Positions 12,877 to 26,817 of a stretch of 64,000 bases of DNA are shown here, one piece after another. Under the pieces are notes generated by a model, which made no database searches, was not told where the DNA came from, and saw nothing but the letters and a program-made list of their open reading frames with translations. This DNA is from Octopus vulgaris (lineage: Eukaryota), in assembly GCA_951406725.2 (NCBI GenBank), contig OX597815.1, positions 69,750,001-69,814,000 of the forward strand, written 5' to 3'. Every line of letters starts with the position of its first letter. Position 1 is the stretch's first letter. The position numbers and the translations under genes were made by a program.

Positions 12877-13085
12877 TGCAACGAAGTGGCAGAATCTTTA
12901 GCGCGCTGGACAGAATTTAGCGACATTTCGCCCATCTTTACGTCTTGAATTCAAATTCTGCCGAAATTGATTTTGCTTTTCGTCATTTCGGGTTCGATAA
13001 ATAAGCACTGGTGGGGGAAGGGGGTCGATGTAATCATCTTCTCCCTCTCTCATATTTCAGGCCTTGTGCCTATAGTAGAAAGGAT
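12877..13085 (+). mobile_element. SINE family C (diverged)
   Basis: TGGCAGAATC...TTCAAATTCTGCCG...GGGGTCGATGTAATC...CTTGTGCCTATAGTAGAAAGG. Confidence 0.7.
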
Positions 13086-13387
13086 TATTATTATTATCAT
13101 TTTTTTTAAACTCAGGTATTTTATTGGAACTCTTGGAGTCTTGCATGCGCAGCTGGCTTGCTACCTGCAGCCTGTGGCAGCATGCTATCTGTTCTATTTA
13201 ACGATCTAAAACTTTACTAAGGAATCTGACGGTGCTAAGGAGGCAAATCTTTTGTAACAGTTCTACTAGGCACTCAATTCTCATTTCCTTTATATTCCTT
13301 TTTGATGCCTTCTGTTACTGTCTTCAAGGACCCAGCAATAGTTGGCACATTATTGTTGTTGTTGTTGTTGTTGTTTTGTTGTTGTTC

Positions 13388-13452
<65 letters not shown>

Positions 13453-13454
<2 letters not shown>

Positions 13455-14000
13455 GGCGGCAAGCTGGACGAAATGCTTAGAGGTATTTTGTCTGCCGTTA
13501 CGTTCTGAGTTGAAATTCCACCGAGGTCGTCTTTGCCTTTCATTCTTTCGGGGTCGATTAAATAAGTACCAGTTACGCACTGGGGTCGATATAATCGACT
13601 TAATCCGTTTGTCTGTCCTTGTTTGTCGTCTCTGTGTTTAGCCCCTTGTGGGTAGTAAAGAAATAGGTATTTCGTCTGCCGCTACGTTCTGAGTTCAAAT
13701 TCCGCCGAGGTCGACTTTGCCTTTTATCCTTCCGGGGTCGATTAAATAAGTACCAGTTACGCACTGGGGTCGATATAATCGACTAGTCCGTTTGTCTGTC
13801 CTTGTTTTTCCTCTATGTGTTTAGTCCCTTGTGGGTAGTAAAGAAATAGGTATTTCGTGTTCAAATTGCGCCGAGGTCGACTTTGTGTTTCATTCTTTCG
13901 GGATCGAAAAATTAAGTACCAGTTGCGCACTGGGGTCGATCAGATAGAATGGCACCCTCCTCCAAAATTTCGGGACTTGTACCTAGAGTAGAAAAGGGAT
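13453..14000 (+). mobile_element. SINE family C as a head-to-tail multimer (~184 bp unit, about 2.8 copies)
   Basis: Unit GGTATTTCGTCTGCCG...GTAGTAAAGAAATA begins near 13482, 13666 and 13849; preceded by (TTA)n. Confidence 0.85.
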
Positions 14001-14019
14001 TAAAATGGCATAGTTTTTT

Positions 14020-14295
14020 TATTCTTTTATTTTTTCAGTCATGTAACTGCAGCTATGCTGGAGCACTGCCGTTGGTTGAGCAATTCGACTACAAGATTTA
14101 TTCTTCGCAAGCCTAGTACTTATTCTATCAGTGTCTTTTGCCGAACCGCTAAGTTATGAAAATGTAAACACAGCAAGATCGGTTGTCAAGCACACACACA
14201 CACACACATACACACACACACAAATATACACATATATACGACAGTCTTCTTTCAGTTTCCGTGTACGAAACAGGGCTTTGTTCGGCCTGAGGCTA
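14020..14295 (-). mobile_element. Family A SINE, internally deleted
   Basis: TTCAGTCATGTAACTGCAGCTATGCTGGAGCAC...GCCGAACCGCTAAGTT...GGCCTGAGGCTATA. Confidence 0.8.
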
Positions 14296-14313
14296 TATAT
14301 ATATATGTGTATG

Positions 14314-14359
<46 letters not shown>

Positions 14360-14438
14360 GCTATTAAGTTAGACATGGCCTGGGCCAATAATGGCCGAAA
14401 CCTATCAAAGTATCAAAGTATATATGTATGTATGTATG

Positions 14439-14481
<43 letters not shown>

Positions 14482-14484
14482 CCC

Positions 14485-14880
<396 letters not shown>

Positions 14881-14977
14881 TATGTATGTATACATACATA
14901 CATACATATATATACATATATACATATACAAACACACACATATATATATATACGTATACACATACACATATATACAT

Positions 14978-15034
<57 letters not shown>

Positions 15035-15037
<3 letters not shown>

Positions 15038-16245
15038 TATGATATGCCACAAACTGCGTGACCTCGGCATAGCTGGAAAACTTGGAGTGTGGTTGCATGA
15101 CTTCCTGAAAGATAGGAGTCAGGCAGTAGTGGTTAATGGAGCCACCTCTATGAACACACAAATAGTGAGCAGTGTTCCACAGGGCACTGTCTTGGGACCA
15201 CTGCTTTTTGTAGTGGCCCTCTCAGATATGCCCTCAAATGCCCGGATAGCCACTCTGGCCAGCTATGCAGACGATACGAAAGTCTCGCAGAAAATACAGA
15301 ACCCCAGCGATGTTGCACAACTGCAGCAGGAGTTGGACTCAATCTACAGATGGGCTGAGGATAATAATATGCAGTTTAATGCTGAAAAATTCCAGGCCCT
15401 GCGCTACCAGCATCCAAAACTGAATATTAAACTTACAGGATACACTGGTCCACAGGGAATTTCAATCCCAGAGCCTAAGTCTGTGAGGGACCTGGGTATC
15501 GACATGAGTGATGATACCTCTTTCCAAGTGCACATTACCAGGATGGCGACAAAGTGGAGACGACTGGCTGGGAGGATTCTAAGAACATTCAGAACCAGAG
15601 ATAAGGAAACCATGATAGTCCTCTGGCGGACATTCGTCCTCAGCCGCCTGGATTACTGCTCACAGCTATGGTAACCCACCAGTGTAAAATTAACAGCGGA
15701 CCCTGAAGCAATCCAGAGAAGATTCACAAAGAAGATCGTCTCTTTGCAACAGCTCAGCTACTGGGAAAAGTTGAAACAGCTAAGACTCTACTCCCTGGAG
15801 AGAAGACGGGAGAGGTATGCAGTAATATATGTCTGGAAGATCCTGGAAGGAATTGTGCCAAATTTTGGCATTGTAAGCTACACCAATGCTAGAACGGGAC
15901 GACACTGCATAGTGCCAAAGATCCCAGCAATGCCATCACGCTTCAGGACCAGCTTCCGCAACAGCCTGGGTTTCAAGGGCCCACAGCTTTTTAATATTCT
16001 TCCAAAGAGTCTGAGGAACTTGCACAAAGTAGATGTAGCGGTTTTTAAATTAAAGCTGGACATCTTCCTGTCAAGAGTCCCAGATGAACCTACCTCACGG
16101 CAAGAGGTGCAAATGAGAGTAGCTATATCAAACTCCATTCTTCACCAAGTGCCACATATTAGACGAGGTTCGTCGTAATAACAGTGTAGCACAAAACGGC
16201 GGTGCATCAGCATGGCCGCAGCTCTGAGCTGAAACTAAAAAAAAA
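15035..16245 (+). mobile_element. 5'-truncated CR1-group LINE (RT C-terminal half, one in-frame stop, 3' UTR and A-tail)
   Basis: [12 protein letters not shown] and YADD RT motifs; C-terminal YWEKLKQLRLYSLERRRERY and FKLKLDIFLSRVPDEP; stop at 15672-15674; lies within (TA)-rich DNA. Confidence 0.92.
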
Positions 16246-16474
16246 TACATATATATATGCATATATATATATATATATACATATACATAAATATTATATA
16301 TACGTATATATGTATACATAAATATACATAGATATACATGCATACATATACATACATACACATACATAAATATATCATAGTGAAAGTATTAATGGTTTCA
16401 CTATTAATACTGAAAGTATTATCGCACATTACAATAGAGATGTTATTGTTTCACTTTTGACACGTAATACTGAA

Positions 16475-16668
16475 ATAGTGTAAGAGATAAAAGATAGCTC
16501 TGAGCACGCATTAGGCAAGAAGCTGATTTTTTTTTTTTTTGGCCCATGACACTGCATGGACCCTTAGTAAGGAATGTATAAAATTTGGGTAGTTCTTGAG
16601 TTTTAGTGATGCACACATACAGACAAACAGACATTCTCAGTTTTATATGTATATTATAATAAGAGATA
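16475..16668 (-). mobile_element. 5' end fragment of a non-autonomous Helitron-like element
   Basis: Reverse complement reads ATCTCTTATTATAATATACATATAAAACTGAGAATGTCTGTTTGTCTGTATGTG, a typical Helitron-N 5' pattern; no 3' end found. Confidence 0.45.
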
Positions 16669-17203
16669 TATACACACACATATAATCAAGGTGCAAGAAT
16701 GGCGTACTCCGAATGAATAAGGTGATGTGATCCGGTGGTAGAAAGAAATCTAAGAATTAGGTACTGTAAAGCCAGTCAGAACACACGCTCACACATATAT
16801 GTATAGACACGCACACACACACATAAATATATATATACATACATTCATACATCTATATATACATGCACACGTCCACACGCTCACACATACAAATGTTAGC
16901 GTGTGCCTGTAAGTATGCATGTGTATTTACGATTGTATGTATGTATGTATATATGTGTGTCTTTGTGTGTGTGTGTGTGTGTGTGTATGTGTGTGTGTGC
17001 TTGAGCGTGTTTGTTTTTGCACATATGAATATATTAGTGAACACTTGAGCTAATTACATTAACTATATACACTCGTTAATGAAAAACACAGATAAACGAA
17101 AAGCATGTATATACCCGCCTACATATCCGTACTTGTGTGTATATGTATGCATGTATGTATATATATTCATAGGTTTATATGTGTATGTATGTGTGTGTAT
17201 ACA

Positions 17204-17264
<61 letters not shown>

Positions 17265-18229
17265 GTAATATATATATATGTATATATATGCATAAATACA
17301 TATATACATATGTGTATGTATATGTATATATATATATAGATAGATAGATGTATATCTATGTGTGCATATATATATGTATATGTGTGTGTGCATGTGTGTA
17401 TGTGTGTCTGTGTACATACTGATGTGTGCGTACGTGTGCATGTGCGCACGTGCGTTTGGAGCAGAAACGATGGCAAATGAAAGGCGTGTTTTACTAATTA
17501 AGTAGATGTGAACCAACGAACTTAAACACACACACACACACACACACATACACACACACACTCACAAAAGTGCTCTAACATAATTAAGTGAAGGAAATTA
17601 AATGCATAAGCAACATTCAATACAAACAAAAAGATATATACAAACACAGATGTAGAATAACAAAGAAATTTAAGAAACTACACACACACACACATACACA
17701 CACAAGTAAATACATACATACACACACGTATTATAGATTGTGCATATAAGTACACGTAACATTTAGCTATGTACGCTGCGCTAGACGGCGCCATCGATAG
17801 AATTAAGAACAAAATGTTTTGTGGTTATGCCCATTTACATTTCGAGTTCAAATTAAGCGAAAGTCGTTATTCTATGTCTGACAAGTAAAGTACTTTCCAA
17901 GTGCTGTACTCTTATTTCTCTCCATTCACTCGTCACTGTCTTTAATTTAAGAAAGGACTTATTAAATAATATAGTCGTACATATGCAAATAGACGAAATA
18001 ATACATATCATATAAACTAGGAGTAAATGGCGCACAAGGTGCAGTAACTCCTGGTGTATGCGATATAGAATTTATTCGATGATAACAAATTAAAGCTTGA
18101 CTCCGTTACTCCATCGAGTCACCCTTTGCAAGGACACTAAACAATTTTATAGATGAAACATGGAAATGGATTTATTTTCATAAGAAACGGTAAACCTGGA
18201 AATGGATTTATTTTCATAAGAAACGTGAG

Positions 18230-18870
18230 CTATCACTCACGCTTCCCTCTGGCGAAAATCTCGTGGCATCAAATGCTGCTAGAGAACTCGGAGTAACTGT
18301 CGACAACTAGAGTGCCCACATAAACAGTAAAACCAGCATAGCCCGTAGGCTGCGCTCCTGGATCCACAGGATTTTTCGCTCAACAGACGCTTCTGCCATT
18401 ATTTTTCTCTTCTCTTCCTTCGTCCGTCCACCCTGAATAATACCGTCCTCTGTGGCCTCTCTACAATAAACAAAATATAAAATTTGAAGCACCCTACAAA
18501 TCAATGAAAGAAAAAAAGTAGACTAAATGTTACGTCTTGATTATTGGGATCGGCTCGAGAAGCTCAAAATGTATTCCTTCCGACGCCACTGTGAGCATTA
18601 TATCATTTGTATGACGGAGAAAATATTCCAATAGTTTTGCCCAAATGATGTTGGCATCAACTTTAAAATTCATCTAATGCTTGGTCCCCGTACCATCGTC
18701 CTCTGCAAAAATCATCTTCGTGTCATATCACAACACTAAGACAGAACTATCTCAGCACAACTGGCCCTGCTCTCTTTAATATCATGCCAGGATATAATAC
18801 ATAAGAAAAGAAAAAGATCTCATAACATTCAAATGATTAGTGGATGAATATCTGCAGTAAATTCAAGATA
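18230..18870 (+). mobile_element. Old degraded CR1-group LINE 3' fragment (distinct subfamily)
   Basis: Broken translation RELGVTVD...IARRLRSWIHRIFRSTD...FSSFVRP...YWDRLEKLKMYSFRR...GPALFNIMP parallels the LINE at 15035. Confidence 0.75.
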
Positions 18871-19554
18871 GATGGAATTTGAATGTGCTAAAGTTTTGGA
18901 TATTAGAAGACATTACAAATTTAACTTTCTTCAAATCTTATAATAATTCTACTTGTCATTCCATTACTTAGTCCGTCCGTAACACTTCCACGTTATTAGA
19001 GAAAAAGAGTGAGAAAGAAAAGAGAGAGAGAGAGAGAAAGAAAAAGACGGAGAGAGAAAAGGCGGAGAGAGGATAAGAAGGAGAGAGAATCATCCATGGC
19101 GTGTGATAGAGGAAACGTAATTGTAACGATTTCACTTGGTTAATTGAAAGGAAAGAGAGAACAAGAAGGAGAAAGAAAAAGGAGAGAGAGAAAGAAAGAG
19201 GATAATGTGATGCGTGAGACAGAAAGAGGGAGAAATAAAAAGACGGAGAGAGAAGTGTTCATGACGTGAGGTAGGGGAAACGTAATGTTTATTGCGTGGT
19301 AAAAAGTTAACTGAATGTAGTGATGATATAGAGGAGGAGAGTTTAAAATATAATTTTAGCAAAGGGGTGATGTTCTGATGGTGAGGTTAAAGAAAGGCAA
19401 AGAGAGAGGAGGTAGAGAGGGAGAAGAGGGAGAGAGAAGGGGAAGAGAGAGAGATGTTGCTGGTGGAGATGGAGGTAGTGGTGGTGGTGGATGTGGCAGT
19501 GGTGAATGGTGAATGAAAACTACCTTTTTTTAAATGAACTAAATTTTTATATCA

Positions 19555-19887
19555 TCTATTACTTAACGCATATGCATAAGTGCAATTCCGTGAAATATTC
19601 ACGCTTATTTACGTGGCAGATATATGCAATTTAACAAAAGATTTTATCATATGTACGGCAATTTTTTTAATGGGGTAAATGGAAAAATATGAGTGAATAT
19701 TTATTTTATGAGTGCTGTGTATTAAGCATAAAGTATATAAAGTGTATATATAAAGTGCATTAAATAATCATCGTATTCCGATTTCTTCCACTTTTCAATA
19801 ATGCTTTCAGGTTATTTGGATAAAGTTTTCAGAAATAATCCAGTAGGTTTACCATTAATTCTGTGAAATATTCACGGATCCCGCTAG
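19555..19887 (+). mobile_element. Non-autonomous Helitron
   Basis: A|TC start; 3' hairpin CTGTGAAATATTCACGG followed by CTAG|T at 19884-19887; a second copy of the hairpin near 19588. Confidence 0.6.
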
Positions 19888-20151
19888 TATTTATTAATTC
19901 TGTTCTTGAATTTCTTAGTTGTCTTTGAGCTAGTAAATACACTTTAGTAACAGGTCCTTATTTCTATGGATATCTCGCCAAAAGGCTTGACAGTTTCATA
20001 GTTTATATGGCATGTTGATCTATAAAAAAAAAATGTAGTTTCTCAAGAGATAGAATCATGTATTAAATATGGTCCCGCTAAACATTTTATCCGACGTGAT
20101 AACAATACAGCCAGCTCGCCACCGCTCATATATGTGTGTGTGTGTGTGTAT

Positions 20152-20187
<36 letters not shown>

Positions 20188-20307
20188 AATACATATACCG
20201 CTTTGTTTTTATGTAACTGTAACACGAGATCTGGTGTGCCAATGGGAAACGTGCATTCTTTCGCTATCTTGTATTTGTCACACACGCACTCAAAATTCCC
20301 TCTAATG

Positions 20308-20500
20308 TTTGTACAAAGCCAGTAATTTTGAGGGGAGGGGCAATCAAGTACATCGGCGCTAGTAATTGACTGTTTATTTTATCTACCCAAAAGAGATGGA
20401 ATGCAAAGTTGACTTCGGCGGGATTAGAACTCACAAAGAAAAGAGCCAGAAGAAATGCCGCTAAGCATTTTGTGCGGCGTACTAACAATTCTGCCGCCTT
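20308..20500 (-). mobile_element. SINE family C (diverged)
   Basis: GCAAAGTTGACTTCGGCGGGATTAGAACTC...GAAATGCCGCTAAGCATTTT...TTCTGCC. Confidence 0.7.
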
Positions 20501-21539
20501 ATATTTAAATCATAACTGAATATTACTTAATTGATATTTTATCGAACTTACAGATATTCAGATTAATTGGATGAATTGAAATTCCGAAAAATTTACATGG
20601 CAGCTTTCATTTCTGATAAATATCAGTTATTAAAAACAAAATGAATTTTTTGAAATCCGAAGATATTAATTTTATCACGTTTCCATGTTAGACGAATTGG
20701 TTAGCAAAATTTAGCTATCAGTGATGTTTTCTTTTTTTCTCTTCTTTTTTTTTAACTAACGTATTGCAATATATGTTAAACTGTATACATAAATACCGTG
20801 TATATGCATTTACAGATGAATGTAAGCATATACGCACATACACGTGCATACATGCACATAAATACGTACGCAGTTACACACATATGCATACACATAAATA
20901 CTCACGCATACACGGAAAGGCACATACATACATACATACATAGATTCATGGTGATTGCTATCTTCACAAGTGATCGCCGTCTATTTGTGCTTCCTTGTTG
21001 CCAGTGGCATCTCTGAGCTTCTGTCCATGACCTTCTAGATCACTTCTATCCTGCTTTGAAACTGTGCGCCTCCAGTTGGTGCGGATACATGTATACGCAT
21101 GTATACATGCATATATTCACACAAACACGCACAGATAGATAGATATGCACACATATACACACGCACACACGCACGCATGCATGCATACATACATACATGC
21201 ATGCATACATACATACACACACACTCACTCACTCACTCACTCTGACCTGGAGTGGATCTACGAACAATAGCGGCTAAGAAGTGGTTCCACACTCCTCACA
21301 ACCCTGAAGTTTCTAGGATCCCACAACGGATGCAGTTTAAAGTCGTACCCAGGATATGCATACATACATACGAAAGGGAAAAGTTAATCAATCCTAATAA
21401 TAAAGTATAGTAAATTTGCTTTGCTGAATTATTTATTAGTCGTTAGTCATTTCTCAGAGTCTTTACTCCATAATACATACCTACAGATTATTTCATAGAG
21501 AAAAAAAAACAGATGATAAATATCTTCTTTCTTCTTTCT

Positions 21540-21880
21540 GCCTTTAACTCTCCAACGCGGAATAAAGGCCACTTATAGTTGAATTCCATGTCGCATAATT
21601 TTTGGCTTCTGTACTTATACTCTGCCATGAATGTCTCCCTTTCTCTAGTTCCTTTTGTGTTGACCTACGCCACGAGTTCTTAGGCCTACCTTTCTTTCTA
21701 TATCCATCCAGTTTCCACTGTAAAGCACTTTTTGTTACATTTGGTGTTTCTTTTCTAATTGTGCTACCAATCCACTTCCACTTTTTCTTAAATATTTGCT
21801 TCCTAATCGAAACTTAATTTGTTCTTTGCCATAGCTCCATATTGCTTATGTGTTCGGACCATCTAATTTTAAGTATAATA
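21540..21880 (-). mobile_element. RTE-clade LINE 3' fragment
   Basis: Minus strand translates ILKIRWSEHISNMELWQRT...KWKWIGSTIRK...ALQWKLDGYRKKGRP(K)NSWRRSTQKEL, a typical RTE C-terminus. Confidence 0.8.
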
Positions 21881-22341
21881 TAAGATGGCGAAAGAATGCG
21901 CGTTTCCCATTGGCTCACCAGATCTCGCATACAGTTACATAAAAACAAGGCGGTGTATGTATTCGATGCTGTTCACTTTGTTATATGATATGGGAGATTA
22001 TTACTTATAGAGTTTTGTTTAAAAGGGTAGTAAGTAAAAAAGATAACCCAAACTCAAATAGATAAATTTCAGTAAATGCGTGTGCGCACACTTACAACCA
22101 TCCATTGATGCGTACACACACACACGCACACACACGTATATATGTATGTATGCTTATATATGTACACGTATAAATGAACATGTACACAGAAACACACATA
22201 CATACACACACACGCACGCGGACACACACACACATCGAAATATTTCTATGCATTTCTAGAAATATTTTTCCTAAAACCCCACTCATTATAATATTCACGG
22301 CTATCACCACCATTATCAAAACTAAAATGAACACAACGATG

Positions 22342-22560
22342 TCACTGGTATTTTATAGAGGCTCCTTCTGGGTTAAGAAACGTGGTAAAGAGCTCTTCGA
22401 TGTGTGTATGAGTGATCAGGATGATCGAATGTCGTTGGTCTATTTTTGCTGAGAAATAGAGAGAAAAAAAAACAAGATGACGGAGTAACTGTAGCCCATA
22501 ATATGAACGGACGTTAAGGATATCGTGATGGAAGACATATTTGATTGAAATACATGGTGG
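22342..22560 (+). pseudogene. Degraded Penelope-like reverse transcriptase fragment
   Basis: SLVFYRGSFWVKKRGKELFDVCMS...VVGLFLLRN...YRDG resembles the PLE RT pattern SLLF..WVKK..LFDVTMGSxDGAE..LVGL..YRDD. Confidence 0.55.
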
Positions 22561-23141
22561 TAAAGAATATGTCGGTATGAAGGATGTAAGATTTAGCATT
22601 ATGTAACATACTCTAGTGAACTTAAAGTTCCGTGATGCAAAATATGTCAAAGTTCATTTGAATAAAAATTGCAGATATTCGCAATAACTAGGAAAGATTT
22701 ATTCACTGATACCTATATAGGAGGCTGCAATTCTCTTCAAATCATGATTCTGGCTGTGAGTACATGCCACTGACAAGGCCCAAAAAGGCTGAAATTCATC
22801 CAGCATTTTCGCTTGCTACAACTGAGATAATTTTTCGTCTCCATCTGATATAATTATCTTTTCAAAAACTAAACCTCTATAAGAAGTATCATCTCTGCTC
22901 GAAAATCACAGAAAATTACCTGTCTAAGATGTATATACATTAATTATGATACGTAGATGGCTATTTTAGTATTACTACAGTTGCGTATACGTGTGTATAC
23001 GCGCGCGTGTGTACGCATACGCACACACGCGCGCGCACATAGATGCGCACAGACACATACACTCACGCACAAAAACACACACACACACATATGCATATAT
23101 ATTGTGTGTGTGTGTACTTGTGTTTATACATACATACATAT

Positions 23142-23194
<53 letters not shown>

Positions 23195-23522
23195 GCTTGA
23201 AAACATTGCATACTTATACACATGCGCACACCTGCGGAATGTATATGTTCGTGAATAATTGCAATGATTAATGTTGTATAGTATAGTTTTCTATGAAATT
23301 ACGTAGTGTAGTGGTGGTGGTGGCGGTGGCGGCGGCGGCGGTGGTGGTGTTGATGCATGGGTAAGCGTTTCATTGAACTCATCACTATGTCAGCTTCTGC
23401 GTCGGTGCATGTAGCTATGTATATCGCAGCAGAAATGTGTGTATTTCTTGAATACGTCAGCAAAATTTTTATATATACTTATTCACAAACACACATATGC
23501 ATATGCAAACATACATACATAC

Positions 23523-23596
<74 letters not shown>

Positions 23597-23989
23597 TTGT
23601 TTGTGATGTGTGTCTGCGCGAATGTCACCTATTTCAATGTGACTCATATCTGAGTGCAGCGTGGTTGTTACATACAGCTCTATGATATTGCATCAGCGAA
23701 GCTTAGTGTAAAAGAAAGGGGAAAAAAAAGAAGACGGTGAGGAGGAGGAGGAGATGAAGCAAGAAGGAAGGGGAACAAAAAAGTAACTGAGAGAGTAAAT
23801 AATAAAGGTGGCGAGTGAGAGACAGAGGGAGACCTATTTCTTTGCACGCATAATTGATTTTAATGTGAATCTAAGTGAAAAGAAGAGGTGGGCGAGAAGG
23901 ACTTAAGAGGGAGAAAACGGTGAAATAAGTAAATATTTATACGCATGCATATGAGTGTGGATGTTTGTGTGTGTGTGTTCATAAGTGTG

Positions 23990-24039
<50 letters not shown>

Positions 24040-24043
<4 letters not shown>

Positions 24044-24380
24044 AGGCGTGATTGTGTGGTTAAGACGTTTTTCTTCCCAACCACGTTTTCCCGTTCAGTC
24101 CCACTGCACGACATCTCTGGCAGATGTCTTATATATATGTGGGTCGAGGAAGGGTATTTGTGTCTGAGTTTGTCCTTCACCACCGCTTGACAACCAGTGT
24201 TGGTATATTTACGTCCTCGTAGCCTAACGGTTCGGCATAAAAAAAAACTGATGAAATAAGTACCAGGCTTTAAAAAGGAACAAAAGCACTGAGATCACTT
24301 CATTCGACTCAAGATTTCAAGGCGGTGCCCCAGCAAGGGCGCAATCTAGTGAGTAAAACAAGTAGACGATAAAATAAAAG
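24040..24380 (+). mobile_element. Family A SINE (diverged)
   Basis: GCGCAGGCGTGATTGTGTGGTTAAG head; AGGCGGTGCCCCAGCA tail. Confidence 0.8.
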
Positions 24381-24413
24381 ATATATGTGTGTGTATATGT
24401 GTGCGAGTGTATG

Positions 24414-24480
<67 letters not shown>

Positions 24481-25104
24481 TTTTATTCTTTTATCGATTT
24501 CAGTTGTGGGGGACAAACACAGACACAAAGACACACACACACACGTTTATGTATATTTACAACGGGCTACTTTCGATTTCCATCTACCAAATCTACTCAC
24601 AAGGCTTGGTAAAACTGTGGCTATAGTGGAAAACACTTGCTCAACAATCAACATAGAGAGGAAACAGGTACTATGTACGAAATTGAGGCCAGCTGCAAAT
24701 CACGAAACAACACTCGTCTCCAAGCAACACTAAATTCGGATTTTAACCTCTGATAGCTTTTTTTGTTGTTGTTGTTGTTTTTTCCAAGGAACTGAGAAAA
24801 GGTCGGTCATGGAAGGGATCGAAAGCATTCACTACAAGAATTCCCATTACCCCTCAAAATGTATTCCAGGGAGCTTAGCAAATCGTAGAAAAAATATTTC
24901 GAGCAGCGCAACTGCATTGGATAGAACTAGTTTGGAAAGACAAGTCTGATGAAAATGTTAAGTTCATATTTTTTTGATACATAAAAAGTTCGATTCTTTT
25001 GGGACAGGTTTCGTTCATACACACATACACACGCGCATATGCATATTTGTGTGTGTGTGTGTGTGTGTGTATACATATATATATAAATATATACTTACAT
25101 ATGC

Positions 25105-25151
<47 letters not shown>

Positions 25152-25199
25152 CATACATATATAGGTAGATAGATAGATAGATAGATAGATACTCACATG

Positions 25200-25265
<66 letters not shown>

Positions 25266-25333
25266 CATCATTGTAGTATTATTGCAGCAATTAAAATAGA
25301 CAAATACTGTTACATCCTCTTATATTTTATCGT

Positions 25334-25490
25334 TATTTTGTAATAACAATATATTATTGTGTGAGAAAGTTACTGGCCACCGAGTTATTCATGTTTTACT
25401 GGGAAATAAAGATGAAGTGTTAGTGACCAAGGCATTGATAGACGACGAAACACTTTAATACCTAATAATATATTTTCTATTACAAAATAA
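25334..25490. repeat. Small element with ~25 bp imperfect terminal inverted repeats
   Basis: TATTTTGTAATAACAATATATTATT versus TAATAATATATTTTCTATTACAAAATA. Confidence 0.45.
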
Positions 25491-25789
25491 AATTATAATA
25501 ATGGTGTCCGTGTGTTCTAATGGCCGCCATGACTCTACCAAGTTGAAATTATTTTAGTCTAAACACATGATGTCATAAAAGCTACATGTCAGATTAGTAC
25601 AGCTTCAATATATACACATACATATGTGTGTATGTGTGTGTGTGTGTGTGTGTGTATGCGTGTGTGTATTTGTGTGTGCATACATGTATGTCTGTATGTA
25701 TATGTGTTTTATATATATATATGTACACATAGGTATATACATAGTCATACTAACACACTCATGCTAACACATTTGTAATATATAAACAT

Positions 25790-25946
25790 AGCAGTAGCTG
25801 TGTAGCAAGAAGCTTGCTTACCGACCACATGGATCCGGGTTCAGTTTCACTGTGTGCCACCTTGAGCAAGCGTCTGCTGCCATAACCTCGGGTTGACCAA
25901 AGCCTCGTGAGTGGATTTGGTAGACGGAAATCGAAAGAAGCCCGTC

Positions 25947-26030
<84 letters not shown>

Positions 26031-26060
26031 TTGTCCCCCCATCTCGCTTGACAACTGAAA
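25790..26060 (+). mobile_element. Family A SINE, 5' part with expanded internal (TA)n
   Basis: CCACATGGATCCGGGTTCAG...CACCTTGAGCAAGCGTC...GAGTGGATTTGGTAGACGG. Confidence 0.8.
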
Positions 26061-26145
26061 CAAGTGAAAAATATATACATACATATACACAAACACGCAC
26101 ACATCTACATTCATATATGCACTTACATATATGCATAAATATATA

Positions 26146-26182
<37 letters not shown>

Positions 26183-26263
26183 AGTTAATCCAAACATGAA
26201 AACACAAAGAGAAAACACAGCAACGCGAGGACGTGGAACAAGTATAGTATTATTGGACGCTCA

Positions 26264-26304
<41 letters not shown>

Positions 26305-26334
26305 TGACACACACACACATATATATATATATAT

Positions 26335-26585
26335 TGTCAAGCGATGGTGGGCGACAAACACAAACACAAAGACAAGCACACACAAACACACATACGCATG
26401 CGCATGCGCGCGCACACACACACACATACACACATACACATACACATTTACGACGCGCCTATTTCAGTTTCCGACTACCAAATCCACCCACAAGACTTTT
26501 GTTGACTCGGGGCTATAGTGAAAAATACTTGACGAAGGTGCCACACAGTGGTTCTGAACCTAGAACCATGTGGTTGGGAAGCAAC
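26335..26585 (-). mobile_element. Family A SINE fragment
   Basis: TTTCAGTTTCCGACTACCAAATCCAC...GAACCATGTGGTTGGGAAGC. Confidence 0.8.
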
Positions 26586-26586
26586 C

Positions 26587-26817
26587 TTATTTCTTTATTG
26601 CCTACAAGGGGCTAAACATAGAGAGGACAAACAAGGACAGACAAACGGATTAAGTCGATTACATCGGCCCCGGTGCGTAAATGGTACTTAATTTATCGAC
26701 CCCGAAAGGATGAAAGGCAAAGTCGACCTCGGAGGAATTTGAACTCAGAACGTAACGGCAGACGAAATACGGCTACGCATTTCGCCCGGCGTGCTAACGT
26801 TTCTGCCAGCTCGCCGC
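26587..26817 (-). mobile_element. SINE family C, well preserved
   Basis: Reverse complement GCGGCGAGCTGGCAGAAACGTTAGC (A-box)...GAGTTCAAATTCC (B-box)...GCCTTTCATCCTTTCGGGGTCGATAAATTAAGTACC. Confidence 0.88.

Noticed and set aside
13453-14000. CRISPR-like or other prokaryotic array
   Set aside because: Eukaryotic context; repeats are long SINE units with no unique spacers
18161-18225. 36-bp-period tandem duplication (and a similar 27-bp-period one at 1543-1592)
   Set aside because: Ordinary local slippage duplications with no further structure
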